Assembly: GCA_026397045.1 (NCBI GenBank)
Contig: JAPLVO010000010.1
Location: 15,858-79,857, forward strand
DNA from: Patescibacteria group bacterium
Lineage (GTDB): Bacteria; Patescibacteriota; Saccharimonadia; CAILAD01; BJGX01
DNA: 64,000 nucleotides
Reading direction: 5' to 3'
The notes under the pieces are model-generated. The model worked only from the letters and a program-made list of their open reading frames with translations. It had not been told where the DNA came from and did no database searches. Position 1 is the first letter of the stretch. Each line of letters starts with the position of its first letter. This document shows positions 49,505 through 58,824 of the stretch, in pieces. The translations under genes and the position numbers were made by a program.

Positions 49505-49563
49505 AATAGCCTAATTGTAACCTAAAAATATTATTTGTAGTATAATAATCGCAATTCGCCAGA

Positions 49564-50073
49564 TTGGTGTTGGTACCTAGAAAGGGAGCCTCAATGGTTG
49601 CTGAAGTGGCATATAAGACACCAAGCACAGTTAAGGCCATGGTCTTTGTTGTGCCTGTCTTGGTGGTTAACTCTGCATTTTTCTACTTAGGAATGTGGAT
49701 CTGGCTAAGGGTCATGGTTAGCTTGGCACTAGTATTACTACTTGTGCTAGCACGCAGCCACGTCTTTAGGGGCCTAGACAAGCTCAACCGTAAAGCGGTA
49801 GAGGAGTACCATGTAAAGTTTGAAATATTTATTGGGCTTTATGTGTTTTCTTTTTTGCCATTTTACCTTGGCATTTTTATGACCGTTCAAGGGACACTTA
49901 ATAACGCCTGGCTGATAGCAGTCTTGGGCGTTATTATCAATCGTCTAGCTTGGGCCTTGCCATATCTGTACCCGCTAGTTTGCGGCACGCTTCCCAAGAA
50001 GTTGCAAATTGGTATTTGGTTATGGATAGCTAGTGGAGTCATCTACGGCATAGCAAAGGCTATGCTCCAATGA
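49564..50073 (+). CDS. Hypothetical membrane protein
   Basis: ORF of 169 aa with 4 TM helices. Confidence 0.3.
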   Translation: MVLVPRKGASMVAEVAYKTPSTVKAMVFVVPVLVVNSAFFYLGMWIWLRVMVSLALVLLLVLARSHVFRGLDKLNRKAVEEYHVKFEIFIGLYVFSFLPFYLGIFMTVQGTLNNAWLIAVLGVIINRLAWALPYLYPLVCGTLPKKLQIGIWLWIASGVIYGIAKAMLQ

Positions 50074-50657
50074 GGAGAGATATGGAAATAACTAGAGAAA
50101 CCCAAGTGGATATTGAGCTAGAAGACAAATTCTGGCTGCTCTACAACACTGCATTTGCAGATCTCAGAACCGCCTCGCCTTGCAGACAGTACATGCACGA
50201 AAGTGAGTTTAGAGAAGAAATGTCAGATGAGCGCATGCTCAAATTTGTACTCTGGGAAGACGATACGGCTCTAGCTATGGCTCTTGTAGCGGTAGATCTT
50301 ACAGCAATCGACTGGATTTCACCAGAGTTTTTTGAGAAGAAGTACCCGGATCAATACAAGCAAGGCACCATCTTTTATTTTGGTGCGTTGCTTGTAGTCC
50401 CAGGCCTTCAAGGCCTGCATTACAGCGAGCTTTTGCTGGCCGAGCTCATTAACTTTGTCGTTAGAAATAATGGCGTTGCAGCATTTGACTGTTATTCAAA
50501 AAACAGCGATTGGCTACCTAGTCACATAGAGCAAATGGGTGATAAGGTGGCGGTTGTAGAACTGAGTGAACTCGACTACCAAGCTTATTACGCGATTGAG
50601 TCTAAGGGCTTTAAGAACCAGAAAGAGCCAAGCGCATTTGTTTGGCTAGAAAAATAA
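50070..50657 (+). CDS. Hypothetical cytoplasmic protein; possibly an acyl-CoA N-acyltransferase-like fold, which is a weak guess
   Basis: 195-aa ORF. The 4-nt overlap with the upstream gene suggests translational coupling. No clear motif. Confidence 0.3.
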   Translation: MRRDMEITRETQVDIELEDKFWLLYNTAFADLRTASPCRQYMHESEFREEMSDERMLKFVLWEDDTALAMALVAVDLTAIDWISPEFFEKKYPDQYKQGTIFYFGALLVVPGLQGLHYSELLLAELINFVVRNNGVAAFDCYSKNSDWLPSHIEQMGDKVAVVELSELDYQAYYAIESKGFKNQKEPSAFVWLEK

Positions 50658-50660
50658 TCA

Positions 50661-50689
50661 TTAACCCCCGGCATTACGCCGGGGGTTAA
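50661..50689. terminator. Perfect 12-bp stem-loop; the likely terminator of the upstream two-gene operon
   Basis: ttaacccccggc-attac-gccgggggttaa, lying 4 nt after the stop codon. No strong T tract follows. Confidence 0.5.
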
Positions 50690-50729
50690 TCGCCTTTAAA
50701 GTGTTATTTTTTGCTAAAATATAAGTGTT

Positions 50730-52910
50730 ATGCTTACTAACCTTTCATTACTCATCACCACCGTGCTAACATTTTTTCTAGGTATTTTGGTGTATACCAA
50801 TAACCCTAAGAAGCCTTCTAACAGAAACTTTTTTTACTTCACTTCTTCATTATCACTTTGGGCTATAACCAATCTAATGGCTAATATCTCTGCAGAGCCC
50901 AGCCTGGCACTTTTTTGGTCGAGAGCCGCTATTGTAGGGGCAGCGCTGCTGATATACTTTTTCTTATTATTTAGCATGACATTTACTAGCGATAAGCAGC
51001 TGAGCCGTGCGCTAAGACTAATATTATTTATTCCAGCTTTTATTATTATTTTGTTTAGCCCCACAGCCGCCAATGTAGTCTCATCTAATGCCTATGCCCA
51101 GCAGATACAGACCGGCTGGCTGTATATTTTTGTGATTGCCTACTTGCCTACTTACACTATCTGGGGGGTAGCACTGTTTATAAAAGCCCAGCGTAGCTCT
51201 GCAGGGCATAGAAAAGACCAAATCAAATATATCTTGATGGGTACAGCCCTTATCGCTATTCCTGGATTTATTTTTAATGCCATTTTACCAGCACTGGGGA
51301 TCACATCCCTTTCGTCATTTGGGCCAATATTTATTTTACTTTTGGTGGCCATGATAGCTTACTCAATACTTCGTCATCAGCTTATGGACATAAGATTTAT
51401 CGTTACAAGGTCACTGGCTTTTGCCTCGTCTATATTTATTATCGCAGCCGTATTTGGACTAGTCAGCTTTCAGATAGTTGATGTTATATTGCCAGCGAAT
51501 GCCTCACAAGTTACCATTAGGCTTTCTTATACCGTTATAGCTATTTTGCTGGCCTTTGCATTTAATCCACTAGTAAGATTTTTTGAAAAAATAACAGCTA
51601 AGTTGTTTTTTCGTGGCCAATACGACCCACAGAAGCTGACTGACCAAATTGGTGGTATTTTGTCTAGCGAAATAGACCTAGACAAGCTAAGCACCCGAGT
51701 ACTAAGTGAAATAACTACTCAAATGAAAATCAATATTTCTGAGATTGTAGTATTTAGCAAAGACAGAGTGTTTTATGAAAAGATACCTCTCAAGAATAGT
51801 CAAAAAGAAATAAGCCACAAACAATTACAAAAGCTCGGTAGAGTTACGCTGATTGTTGAAAATCTTAAGCCTGGTGAACGCAGAGATATCTTAAAAGAGT
51901 TTGGTTTTAGTCTTAGTATCCCGCTGCGCACCAGCGAGAAGTTTATAGGCTATTTACTTTTGGGCGAAAAAAAGAACGGTGAGATTTTTGGCTCTCAAGA
52001 TTTGGCGGTACTAAAATCTATTGCCAATGAAGTAAGCGTTGCTATGGCCAACGCCCTAAGCTACAAAGAAATTCAACTTTTTACAGAGACGCTTTCGGAA
52101 AAAGTTCGCCAGCGTACTGCTCAGCTCAACACCGCCAACAGCCAGCTAAGAGAGCTAGACCAGGCCAAAGATGAATTTATTTCTATGGCATCTCACCAGC
52201 TCAGAACTCCACTAACGACTGTAAAGGGGTACATTAGCATGCTTGATGATGGGGATTTCGGCAAGCTAACGAAAGAACAAAAGCAAAGTATTGAGCTGGC
52301 TTTGGATGGAAGCAATAGAATGGCACGATTAATCGATGACTTATTGAATATCAGTCGTATGGAGGCGGGTAAATTCTATATAGATGCCCGGAAAGTAGAT
52401 CTTAGTAAGCTTGTAAGCGAGGAGGTTAAAGCCCTACAGTTTATGGCAAAATCTCAAAAAGTTATTATCAGATACAAAGCCCCAACGAAAGCAATCCCAC
52501 TAATCAACTTAGATGAAAATAAGACTCGGCAGGTAGTGATGAATATATTAGATAATGCAATCCATTATAGCCAGCCCCCTAAAGGAGGCGGCGTGGTTGA
52601 AGTTTCGCTTCTGCACTCTGGTGGTAGTGTGAGCTATATTGTTAAAGACAATGGCATTGGGGTGCCTAGAGATCAGCAGTCCATGCTCTTTACCAAGATG
52701 TTTAGGGCCAAAAATGCTAAAGATATGCGCCCTGATGGAACTGGGCTAGGGCTATATATGGTTAAGCGTGTGGTTGAAGACCAAGGAGGAAAGGTGCTAT
52801 TTGAATCCAAATACGGCAAGGGCAGTCTTTTTGGATTCAAAATACCAGTCCACAATCATATAGAAATAGATGCCAAAGCCCAGGCAAAACTAAAATCTCA
52901 AATTAATTAG
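50730..52910 (+). CDS. Sensor histidine kinase with a multi-pass (about 7TM) N-terminal membrane domain. No response regulator gene is adjacent.
   Basis: The HisKA H-box (ISMASHQLRTPLTTVKGYISML) and HATPase_c motifs (ILDNAIHYS; DNGIGVP; GTGLGLYMVKRVVEDQGG). No response regulator ORF within the window. Confidence 0.75.
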   Translation: MLTNLSLLITTVLTFFLGILVYTNNPKKPSNRNFFYFTSSLSLWAITNLMANISAEPSLALFWSRAAIVGAALLIYFFLLFSMTFTSDKQLSRALRLILFIPAFIIILFSPTAANVVSSNAYAQQIQTGWLYIFVIAYLPTYTIWGVALFIKAQRSSAGHRKDQIKYILMGTALIAIPGFIFNAILPALGITSLSSFGPIFILLLVAMIAYSILRHQLMDIRFIVTRSLAFASSIFIIAAVFGLVSFQIVDVILPANASQVTIRLSYTVIAILLAFAFNPLVRFFEKITAKLFFRGQYDPQKLTDQIGGILSSEIDLDKLSTRVLSEITTQMKINISEIVVFSKDRVFYEKIPLKNSQKEISHKQLQKLGRVTLIVENLKPGERRDILKEFGFSLSIPLRTSEKFIGYLLLGEKKNGEIFGSQDLAVLKSIANEVSVAMANALSYKEIQLFTETLSEKVRQRTAQLNTANSQLRELDQAKDEFISMASHQLRTPLTTVKGYISMLDDGDFGKLTKEQKQSIELALDGSNRMARLIDDLLNISRMEAGKFYIDARKVDLSKLVSEEVKALQFMAKSQKVIIRYKAPTKAIPLINLDENKTRQVVMNILDNAIHYSQPPKGGGVVEVSLLHSGGSVSYIVKDNGIGVPRDQQSMLFTKMFRAKNAKDMRPDGTGLGLYMVKRVVEDQGGKVLFESKYGKGSLFGFKIPVHNHIEIDAKAQAKLKSQIN

Positions 52911-52934
52911 TAATCGAAGTGATATAATATACCT

Positions 52935-54119
52935 ATGGCCAAACTGCTTACACTAAAAGATATTGATTATGCGGGTAAAAAAGTATTTTTGCGAGTCGAT
53001 TATAATGTGGTGGTTAACGGCAAAGTGATCGATGAGTTTAGGGTCGCTCAAAGCCTCGCAACCATCAGTAAGCTGCTTTCTAGCGGCTGCTCTGTTATTT
53101 TGGCCAGCCATAATGGCCGACCAGAAGGAGAGCCAGATCCAAAACTAAGCCTCAGGCCAGTAGCCCAGGTTTTGGCTCAATTAATTAAGAGGCCAGTTGG
53201 TTTCGTCCCAGACTGTGTAGGCCCTGATACGGCTAAGGAGTCTAGGGCACTTAAGCCTGGGGAGCTGCTTTTATTGGAAAACTTACGGTTTCATGCAGCC
53301 GAGGAAAAAAACACTGTAGCCTTCGCCAAATCTCTGGCTAGCTTGGCCGAGGTCTATGTGGATGATGCCTTCGCCAACGCCCATAGACCGCACGCCAGCA
53401 TGATCGGTGTGCCACAGTACTTACCCCACGCCGCTGGGCTGCTAATGGAAAAGGAATATCTAAGAATAATATCTCTTACTAAATCTCCGAAGCGACCTTA
53501 TGTGGCAATAGTAGGGGGTGCTAAGATATCCACCAAGATAGAGGTATTACAGAGTTTGACAAAAAAGGTTGATACGCTTGTTATCGGAGGTGCAATGGCC
53601 AATACCTTCTTGCAGGCTCAGGGCTATAATGTGCAGTCCAGCATGACGGAGCCTGACCATGTAGGCACAGCCGCGGCTATAATAAAATTAGCCCATAAAA
53701 ATAATGTCAGCCTAATACTGCCTACCGATGTTGTCGTAGCAGAAAGAGTTGAGCATGGAGCCAGCCATCGGCAGATTGGAGTGGGTAAGATATCCGCCAA
53801 TGAGCTTGTCCTGGACATCGGTAAGAATACTATGAAGGGTATTTTACCTATCATATCTTCTGCCAAGACAGTTTTCTGGAACGGCACACTTGGCGTAGCT
53901 GAAATACCAGAGTTCGCCTGGGCTAGCAGGGACTTGGCTCACATGATCGCACTCAGAAAAAACAAAGCAGATACGATTGTCGGTGGGGGGGATACAGAAG
54001 CTTTTGTAGCTAAATTAGGTATGACCAATAGATTCGGTTTCGTTAGCACTGGTGGAGGTGTGTGTTTAGAGCTCTTAGCCGGGGATAAGCTCCCTGCAAT
54101 TGAAGTATTAATGAGCTAA
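52935..54119 (+). CDS. pgk: Phosphoglycerate kinase
   Basis: KKVFLRVDYNV, HNGRPEG, VGGGDT and a GGGV-containing C-terminus. Confidence 0.9.
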   Translation: MAKLLTLKDIDYAGKKVFLRVDYNVVVNGKVIDEFRVAQSLATISKLLSSGCSVILASHNGRPEGEPDPKLSLRPVAQVLAQLIKRPVGFVPDCVGPDTAKESRALKPGELLLLENLRFHAAEEKNTVAFAKSLASLAEVYVDDAFANAHRPHASMIGVPQYLPHAAGLLMEKEYLRIISLTKSPKRPYVAIVGGAKISTKIEVLQSLTKKVDTLVIGGAMANTFLQAQGYNVQSSMTEPDHVGTAAAIIKLAHKNNVSLILPTDVVVAERVEHGASHRQIGVGKISANELVLDIGKNTMKGILPIISSAKTVFWNGTLGVAEIPEFAWASRDLAHMIALRKNKADTIVGGGDTEAFVAKLGMTNRFGFVSTGGGVCLELLAGDKLPAIEVLMS

Positions 54120-54147
54120 AATAAGCTACTTACAAAAAAGTCAGCCG

Positions 54148-55980
54148 CTAAAGCGCGCTAGCAGGCCCATTATTATTTGCACTTGCTGTATTGTCTTCGA
54201 ATTCATCTCTGGATCTATTCAGTGGATTTAGTTCATTTACAGCTTCCGGAAATCCCGATACCAATGTGCTTGAAGGAGTGGCCGGTATTGTAATCGGCTG
54301 GCTCGCAGGGGCTGTATTGGGCAATACCACTGGATGCTCGGCCGATTGGGTGCTAGATGTTATCGCAGGAGCTATGACAGGAGACGGCATTGCGGGTGGT
54401 ATTGAAGTAGGTATGATGTCGCTATCATTACTTTGCCCGATAACGGGTGCTTTTGTCTCTGATGGCTGAGGAGGAATTAGCGGGGGCTTGGGGGCCTTGG
54501 CAATGGGCGTAGGAGGCTCTAAATTAGAGATTGGCGGTGTTACTCTTGGGGGCTGAGGGGGAAAATTATTTGTATTAGCAAATTTATTATCTCTTGTCGC
54601 AGAGGGGGTTACCGGCCTGGGTGGAGTCATGGCTTTTGGTGGTGCCTGGATGTCGCCATCGATACTTTTTAGGGGCTTTGGCCTAGGCCCATCAATGGTG
54701 TTAAGAACAGCACTTTGGGTCGGCATATTTGCTGATTCTTTCGAAGGCTGAGTGGAATCTAGTGAATATTGGATTTCTAGCAAGCGATTATATTTTGCTA
54801 TTCGTTCACCTCTGACAGGAGCCCCAACTTTTATTCCATAGGCGCCTACTCCATAGGCTAAATCCACAATAAAATCATCATTACTTTCACCACTTCTGTG
54901 GCTAATTATGACCTCATTGCCTACCTCTCGAGCCATATCGATAGCAGCAAACATTTCCGATATGCTTCCAACTTGGTCGGGCTTGATAATTATCCCGTCA
55001 AAGACCTTTTCTTTTGCGAAATCATTAATCTTGCGTGAGTCTGTAACTGTAAAATCGTCTGATATTATCTGGAAGGGCTTACTTTCTGAGGGGATGCTCT
55101 TGAGTAGCTCGAGACCTTCAAGATCGGTTTCAGCAAATGGGTCTTCTAGCGAGAAAAGATCAAACTTTTGATCCCATGCCTGGTAGGCTGCAAGTAAATC
55201 GCTAGCGTGTGCGTTGTTTCCCTCAAAAACATAATTTTTACCGTTGTAAAAGCTGTTGGCAGCAATATCTAGGGCTATTTCAAATTTCGAATCCATTTTT
55301 TCTCTGAGGTTGGCAATTGCTTCTAGGACTACTTCTGTTCTAACACCAACTGGCGCGATGGCACCCTCGTCGCCTACTAGCTGGGCCGCTGGGCCATACA
55401 AACTAACCATTATTGTCTTGATGGTTTGATAAACCTGAACTATCATTTCTATAGATTCTATTGGGTTGGTTGATTTAGGGACAATCATAAACTCCTGAAT
55501 ATCCAGTCCGGGGGCGTGTTTACCACCACTAACTAAATTAGCGTATATTCTAGGAAACTTAGGAGTGGTTTTTCGATTTTCAGCAATGTATTGCCAGAGG
55601 GGTTTTTTACTGAGCTTGGCACTTAGCTTAAAGTAGGCACCTGAGAGCGCCAAAATTGTATTTGCGCCCAAGTTCTGCTTATTATCTGTCCCGTCTAGAG
55701 CGATTACTAGGCTATCGAAGTCATCTTGATGTTTTAGCGGATACCCAATAAACTTGGGTGAAACAATTTTATTGATTAAATCCACGCACGAGGCTACACT
55801 CTTTCCGCCGTAGCTATCGCCGTTATCAGTCTTTTTTTCTGCTTCACCTATACCCAAGCTAGAGCCTGCGGGCACAATAAACCATGATGAAGTACCATTT
55901 TCAGCTACCATCCTGACTTTTAGCGTCGGCTCACCGTTAGAATTTAGTACCTGCGAGGGTACAATGCTTTTAATTCCCAT
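54148..55980 (-). CDS. eno: Enolase carrying a C-terminal Pro/Ser/Thr-rich extension of about 185 aa
   Basis: The enolase core is roughly residues 1-425: SHRSGESNDDFIVDLAYGVGAYGIKVGAPVRGERIAKYNRLLEIQ, and IKPDQVGSISEMFAAIDMA. The low-complexity tail (PPKAMTPPRPVTPS...PPQPPRVTPP...) is encoded by 54148-54705. Confidence 0.85.
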   Translation of the reverse strand: MGIKSIVPSQVLNSNGEPTLKVRMVAENGTSSWFIVPAGSSLGIGEAEKKTDNGDSYGGKSVASCVDLINKIVSPKFIGYPLKHQDDFDSLVIALDGTDNKQNLGANTILALSGAYFKLSAKLSKKPLWQYIAENRKTTPKFPRIYANLVSGGKHAPGLDIQEFMIVPKSTNPIESIEMIVQVYQTIKTIMVSLYGPAAQLVGDEGAIAPVGVRTEVVLEAIANLREKMDSKFEIALDIAANSFYNGKNYVFEGNNAHASDLLAAYQAWDQKFDLFSLEDPFAETDLEGLELLKSIPSESKPFQIISDDFTVTDSRKINDFAKEKVFDGIIIKPDQVGSISEMFAAIDMAREVGNEVIISHRSGESNDDFIVDLAYGVGAYGIKVGAPVRGERIAKYNRLLEIQYSLDSTQPSKESANMPTQSAVLNTIDGPRPKPLKSIDGDIQAPPKAMTPPRPVTPSATRDNKFANTNNFPPQPPRVTPPISNLEPPTPIAKAPKPPLIPPQPSETKAPVIGQSNDSDIIPTSIPPAMPSPVIAPAITSSTQSAEHPVVLPNTAPASQPITIPATPSSTLVSGFPEAVNELNPLNRSRDEFEDNTASANNNGPASAL

Positions 55981-56018
55981 GATATATAAATTATAGCATA
56001 AGCATTATAAAGTGCTAA

Positions 56019-57035
56019 CTAATTTGTCTTTATAATGTTCTGAAGCTGACCAGAAAGGAAGCCGAGAATATTTGTTGCTGTGGTCTTGCGGATAATTGCC
56101 AACCCTTCAGTGGAGTTGAAGGCATTATGGGGGGATAATATCACATTGTTCATTTTTGATAAAATATCAAGCTCAGCTATATCGTAGGGAGCCTTTTTGT
56201 TGCCTAGGTATAAGTCAGTTTCAATATCGAGGTCTAGGGCCCTCTCTCCCTCCACGACATCTAGCCCTGCCCCGGCTATTTGCTTGGATCGAAGAGCCTC
56301 AATCAAATCGGAGGTATTAACAAGCTGGCCACGAGCTGTATTTATTAATACCGAGTGGGGGCTCATCAAAGCGAGAGATTTGGAATTAATAAGTTGCTTA
56401 GTACTTGGGTTCAACGGCGCATGCAGACTTATATAATCACTCCCTCTGAGCAGCTCGGGCATTGTCACTAAGCTAAAGCCAAGCTGCTTGGCCGCATTTT
56501 CATCTGGGTAGGGGTCGTAGGCAATTGCATGCATTCCCATTGCTTTGGCGATACTAATTACCCGTAAACCAATCTTGCCAGTCCCGACCACCCCAAGTAT
56601 TTTGCCGTTCAGCGTGGAGCCAGTTAGCTTTCGGTAGTCAATTTGGCCGTCCTTTACCGAGCTAAGCACTGCTGGCATTTTGCGGGCCAGCATAAGCATA
56701 AGCAGTATCGTATATTCAGCAACTGTTGTCTGCCCATAAGCTGGCACATTACTCACCACAACAGCCTTTTGCTTGCAAGCCCTGAGATCTACATTATCAA
56801 CACCTGTCGACCGGCAAGCCACAAAGCCTAGACTCGGCATATGAGCTATGGCGGCTTCATCTACATTGCTAGATGAAGAAACACTAATAACCTTAGCTTC
56901 CTTATATTCGTAGGCTGGCACTTTATTTATCTCCTCATGGAAAAATAAGAGCTTGTATTTACTACCTATAAAGTAGTGCTCAAAAGAGCTTTTCTCTTTG
57001 CTGGTAGTGTCAAAAAATGCGATTGTTGTAGCCAT
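56019..57035 (-). CDS. D-isomer-specific 2-hydroxyacid dehydrogenase (D-lactate dehydrogenase-like)
   Basis: NAD-binding motif GVVGTGKIGLRV, plus catalytic Arg/Glu/His positions (TARGQLV...LDVVEGE...SPHNAF). Confidence 0.75.
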   Translation of the reverse strand: MATTIAFFDTTSKEKSSFEHYFIGSKYKLLFFHEEINKVPAYEYKEAKVISVSSSSNVDEAAIAHMPSLGFVACRSTGVDNVDLRACKQKAVVVSNVPAYGQTTVAEYTILLMLMLARKMPAVLSSVKDGQIDYRKLTGSTLNGKILGVVGTGKIGLRVISIAKAMGMHAIAYDPYPDENAAKQLGFSLVTMPELLRGSDYISLHAPLNPSTKQLINSKSLALMSPHSVLINTARGQLVNTSDLIEALRSKQIAGAGLDVVEGERALDLDIETDLYLGNKKAPYDIAELDILSKMNNVILSPHNAFNSTEGLAIIRKTTATNILGFLSGQLQNIIKTN

Positions 57036-57293
57036 AAGTTTTATCCTTTATTCAATACTACAATAAAATCAGAAACATTGGCAGTAATCTTATTTATTTT
57101 ATATGTTACATTTATCGGTCCTAGAGTTTTATAGCTTCTATTATTAGTGTAGCTGTGTCTTGGCGCACCTTAGCCTATTTGGCTGGGCACAAGCTGACCG
57201 AACTTTTTAATATATATGAGCGAACAATTGTAGCATTATTGAAGTTTTAGAAGATATTGTGTTATCTTTAAAATAATTAAATCAGGAGGAAAT

Positions 57294-57902
57294 ATGAGTG
57301 AGTTAGGTAGATATAATCCAAATAATTCAGAAAAAAATCGAAACCAATTTTCTAGAAGAAAACTTGGAGCAGCTTTTATCGCTGCAGCACTTGGCGCGGG
57401 TGCCATTATGGGGACAGATAAGAGTGATGTAAAAAAAGATAAATCGGGCGAGCTGGCTTTAGATGAAAAAATAGATAAAATGTTTGAAGAAGCAGGAATC
57501 CAAAAGGGTTCAATAATCAATGTCATAGCAGCCGAATTAGTAATAAATACTGAAAAAGTAAATGTCAGGGAAGGCTATGATGTTTCCGACTTTAACAAGA
57601 TTACTTCTAGCGAGCTCATAGGGGTAAGTGGTGCAATCATGATACCCCTCACTGACGACGACCCTAATGGCTCAAGATATATGGCTATATTGAAAGGCCC
57701 CAATGGAGAAAGAACATTGATTAGTTTTGTAGTTGAGGTGGATGGTGTATCTTATGCTGCAACTGGCAAGCCGTATGATGGAGTAACAACGAAAATGATA
57801 TATGAAGGATCTAAGGATGGTCAGCCAATGGCCATCGAAGAAGGCGGAGCAGAAATACTCGTAGCAACAGCCCAAGAATTAGGTAAGAATAAGTCTAAGT
57901 AG
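57294..57902 (+). CDS. Hypothetical exported protein (possible twin-arginine-like signal)
   Basis: N-terminal SRRKLGAAFIAAALGAGAIMG resembles a Tat signal. Otherwise no motif. Confidence 0.3.
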   Translation: MSELGRYNPNNSEKNRNQFSRRKLGAAFIAAALGAGAIMGTDKSDVKKDKSGELALDEKIDKMFEEAGIQKGSIINVIAAELVINTEKVNVREGYDVSDFNKITSSELIGVSGAIMIPLTDDDPNGSRYMAILKGPNGERTLISFVVEVDGVSYAATGKPYDGVTTKMIYEGSKDGQPMAIEEGGAEILVATAQELGKNKSK

Positions 57903-58060
57903 TTTTCGTTCGAAAAAACAGTTGGTGATCCCACGGAGAAGGCGGGCTAGCGCCCTTTTCCCTGCGGTGCTCGGTAAATATTTAAGTGAACTTGATATTT
58001 ACGCTGCGCTCCTCGTGCACCGAACTCCTTTGGTAGTTCAATTCGTCGAGTCGAATACGC

Positions 58061-58096
58061 AAAAAAAAAGCCCGAGACGAGCTCAGGCGTTTTTTA
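58061..58096. terminator. Bidirectional rho-independent terminator
   Basis: AAAAAAAAA-gcccgag-acgag-ctcaggc-GTTTTTTAT is a stem flanked by A and T tracts. It terminates the plus-strand gene 57294-57902 and the minus-strand tRNA-Glu. Confidence 0.7.
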
Positions 58097-58099
58097 TGG

Positions 58100-58171
58100 T
58101 GATCCCACGGAGAATCGAACTCCGGTTGCCGGGATGAAAACCCGGTGTCCTAACCGCTAGACGATGGGACC
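58100..58171 (-). tRNA. tRNA-Glu (anticodon TTC). CCA is encoded at 58097-58099.
   Basis: Reverse complement: ggtcccatcgtctagcggttaggacaccgggttTTCatcccggcaaccggagttcgattctccgtgggatc-a-cca. The GUCCC...UCGUCUAG body is typical of tRNA-Glu. Confidence 0.8.
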
Positions 58172-58304
58172 ATCAACTATTTTTTTACGAAATAACCATA
58201 CAATTTTAACACATTTAGGTTCTTATTTCAATCTGTAAATTGGACATTTTAAGCTAAAGCGTGTATATATTATAAGCATTAGATAATTATGGATCAAGCC
58301 AAAC

Positions 58305-58706
58305 ATGACACAAACTACACTAGATAACATCAAGCCCACACAGCCACTTTCTCAATCTGGCCAGCAAGACTCTACAATCGATCTTAGGACGCCAGAGGGA
58401 GAAGCCCAAAAATTAAGGGATAAAGAATCTAGAACACGAGCTATACAGAATCAAGCAAATCGGTCTAATGTTTTGCCGAGGGTCGGCCTAGACGGCATGC
58501 GTCGCACCAGACCTAGCCCTGGGGCTACAGCCACTTCTACTGGCCCACCATCCGAAGGTTCGGCTTTCATACTACCCAAAGAGCAGCTAGAACAGCCGCC
58601 GGTTGTGGTATCTAACCCTAGCACCAGTACCGAGGCCCAGCCTATCGACCAACAGCAAGAGCAAAAGAAGCCAGGCTTTTTTGCCAGAATGTTTGGGAAA
58701 AAGTAA
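58305..58706 (+). CDS. Hypothetical low-complexity protein
   Basis: 133-aa ORF rich in Q/S/T/P. This may not be a real gene. Confidence 0.2.
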   Translation: MTQTTLDNIKPTQPLSQSGQQDSTIDLRTPEGEAQKLRDKESRTRAIQNQANRSNVLPRVGLDGMRRTRPSPGATATSTGPPSEGSAFILPKEQLEQPPVVVSNPSTSTEAQPIDQQQEQKKPGFFARMFGKK

Positions 58707-58824
58707 CCATATTACAGCCTTGGCTGCTTGTTAAATTTTATATTTATTAGGTAGCTTCCCTGCAAAATTAGATGTTATTGTTACGCTTTTACTAATACTC
58801 TAAAAACCATTACAATATAAACAT

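Noticed and set aside
57922-58137. 71-aa plus-strand ORF (MVIPRRRRASALF...MVIPRRIELRLPG) downstream of the 57294-57902 gene
   Set aside because: It is created by the duplicated tRNA-Glu 3' end and runs antisense through the terminator and the tRNA-Glu gene. This is an artefact of the repeat, not a real gene.
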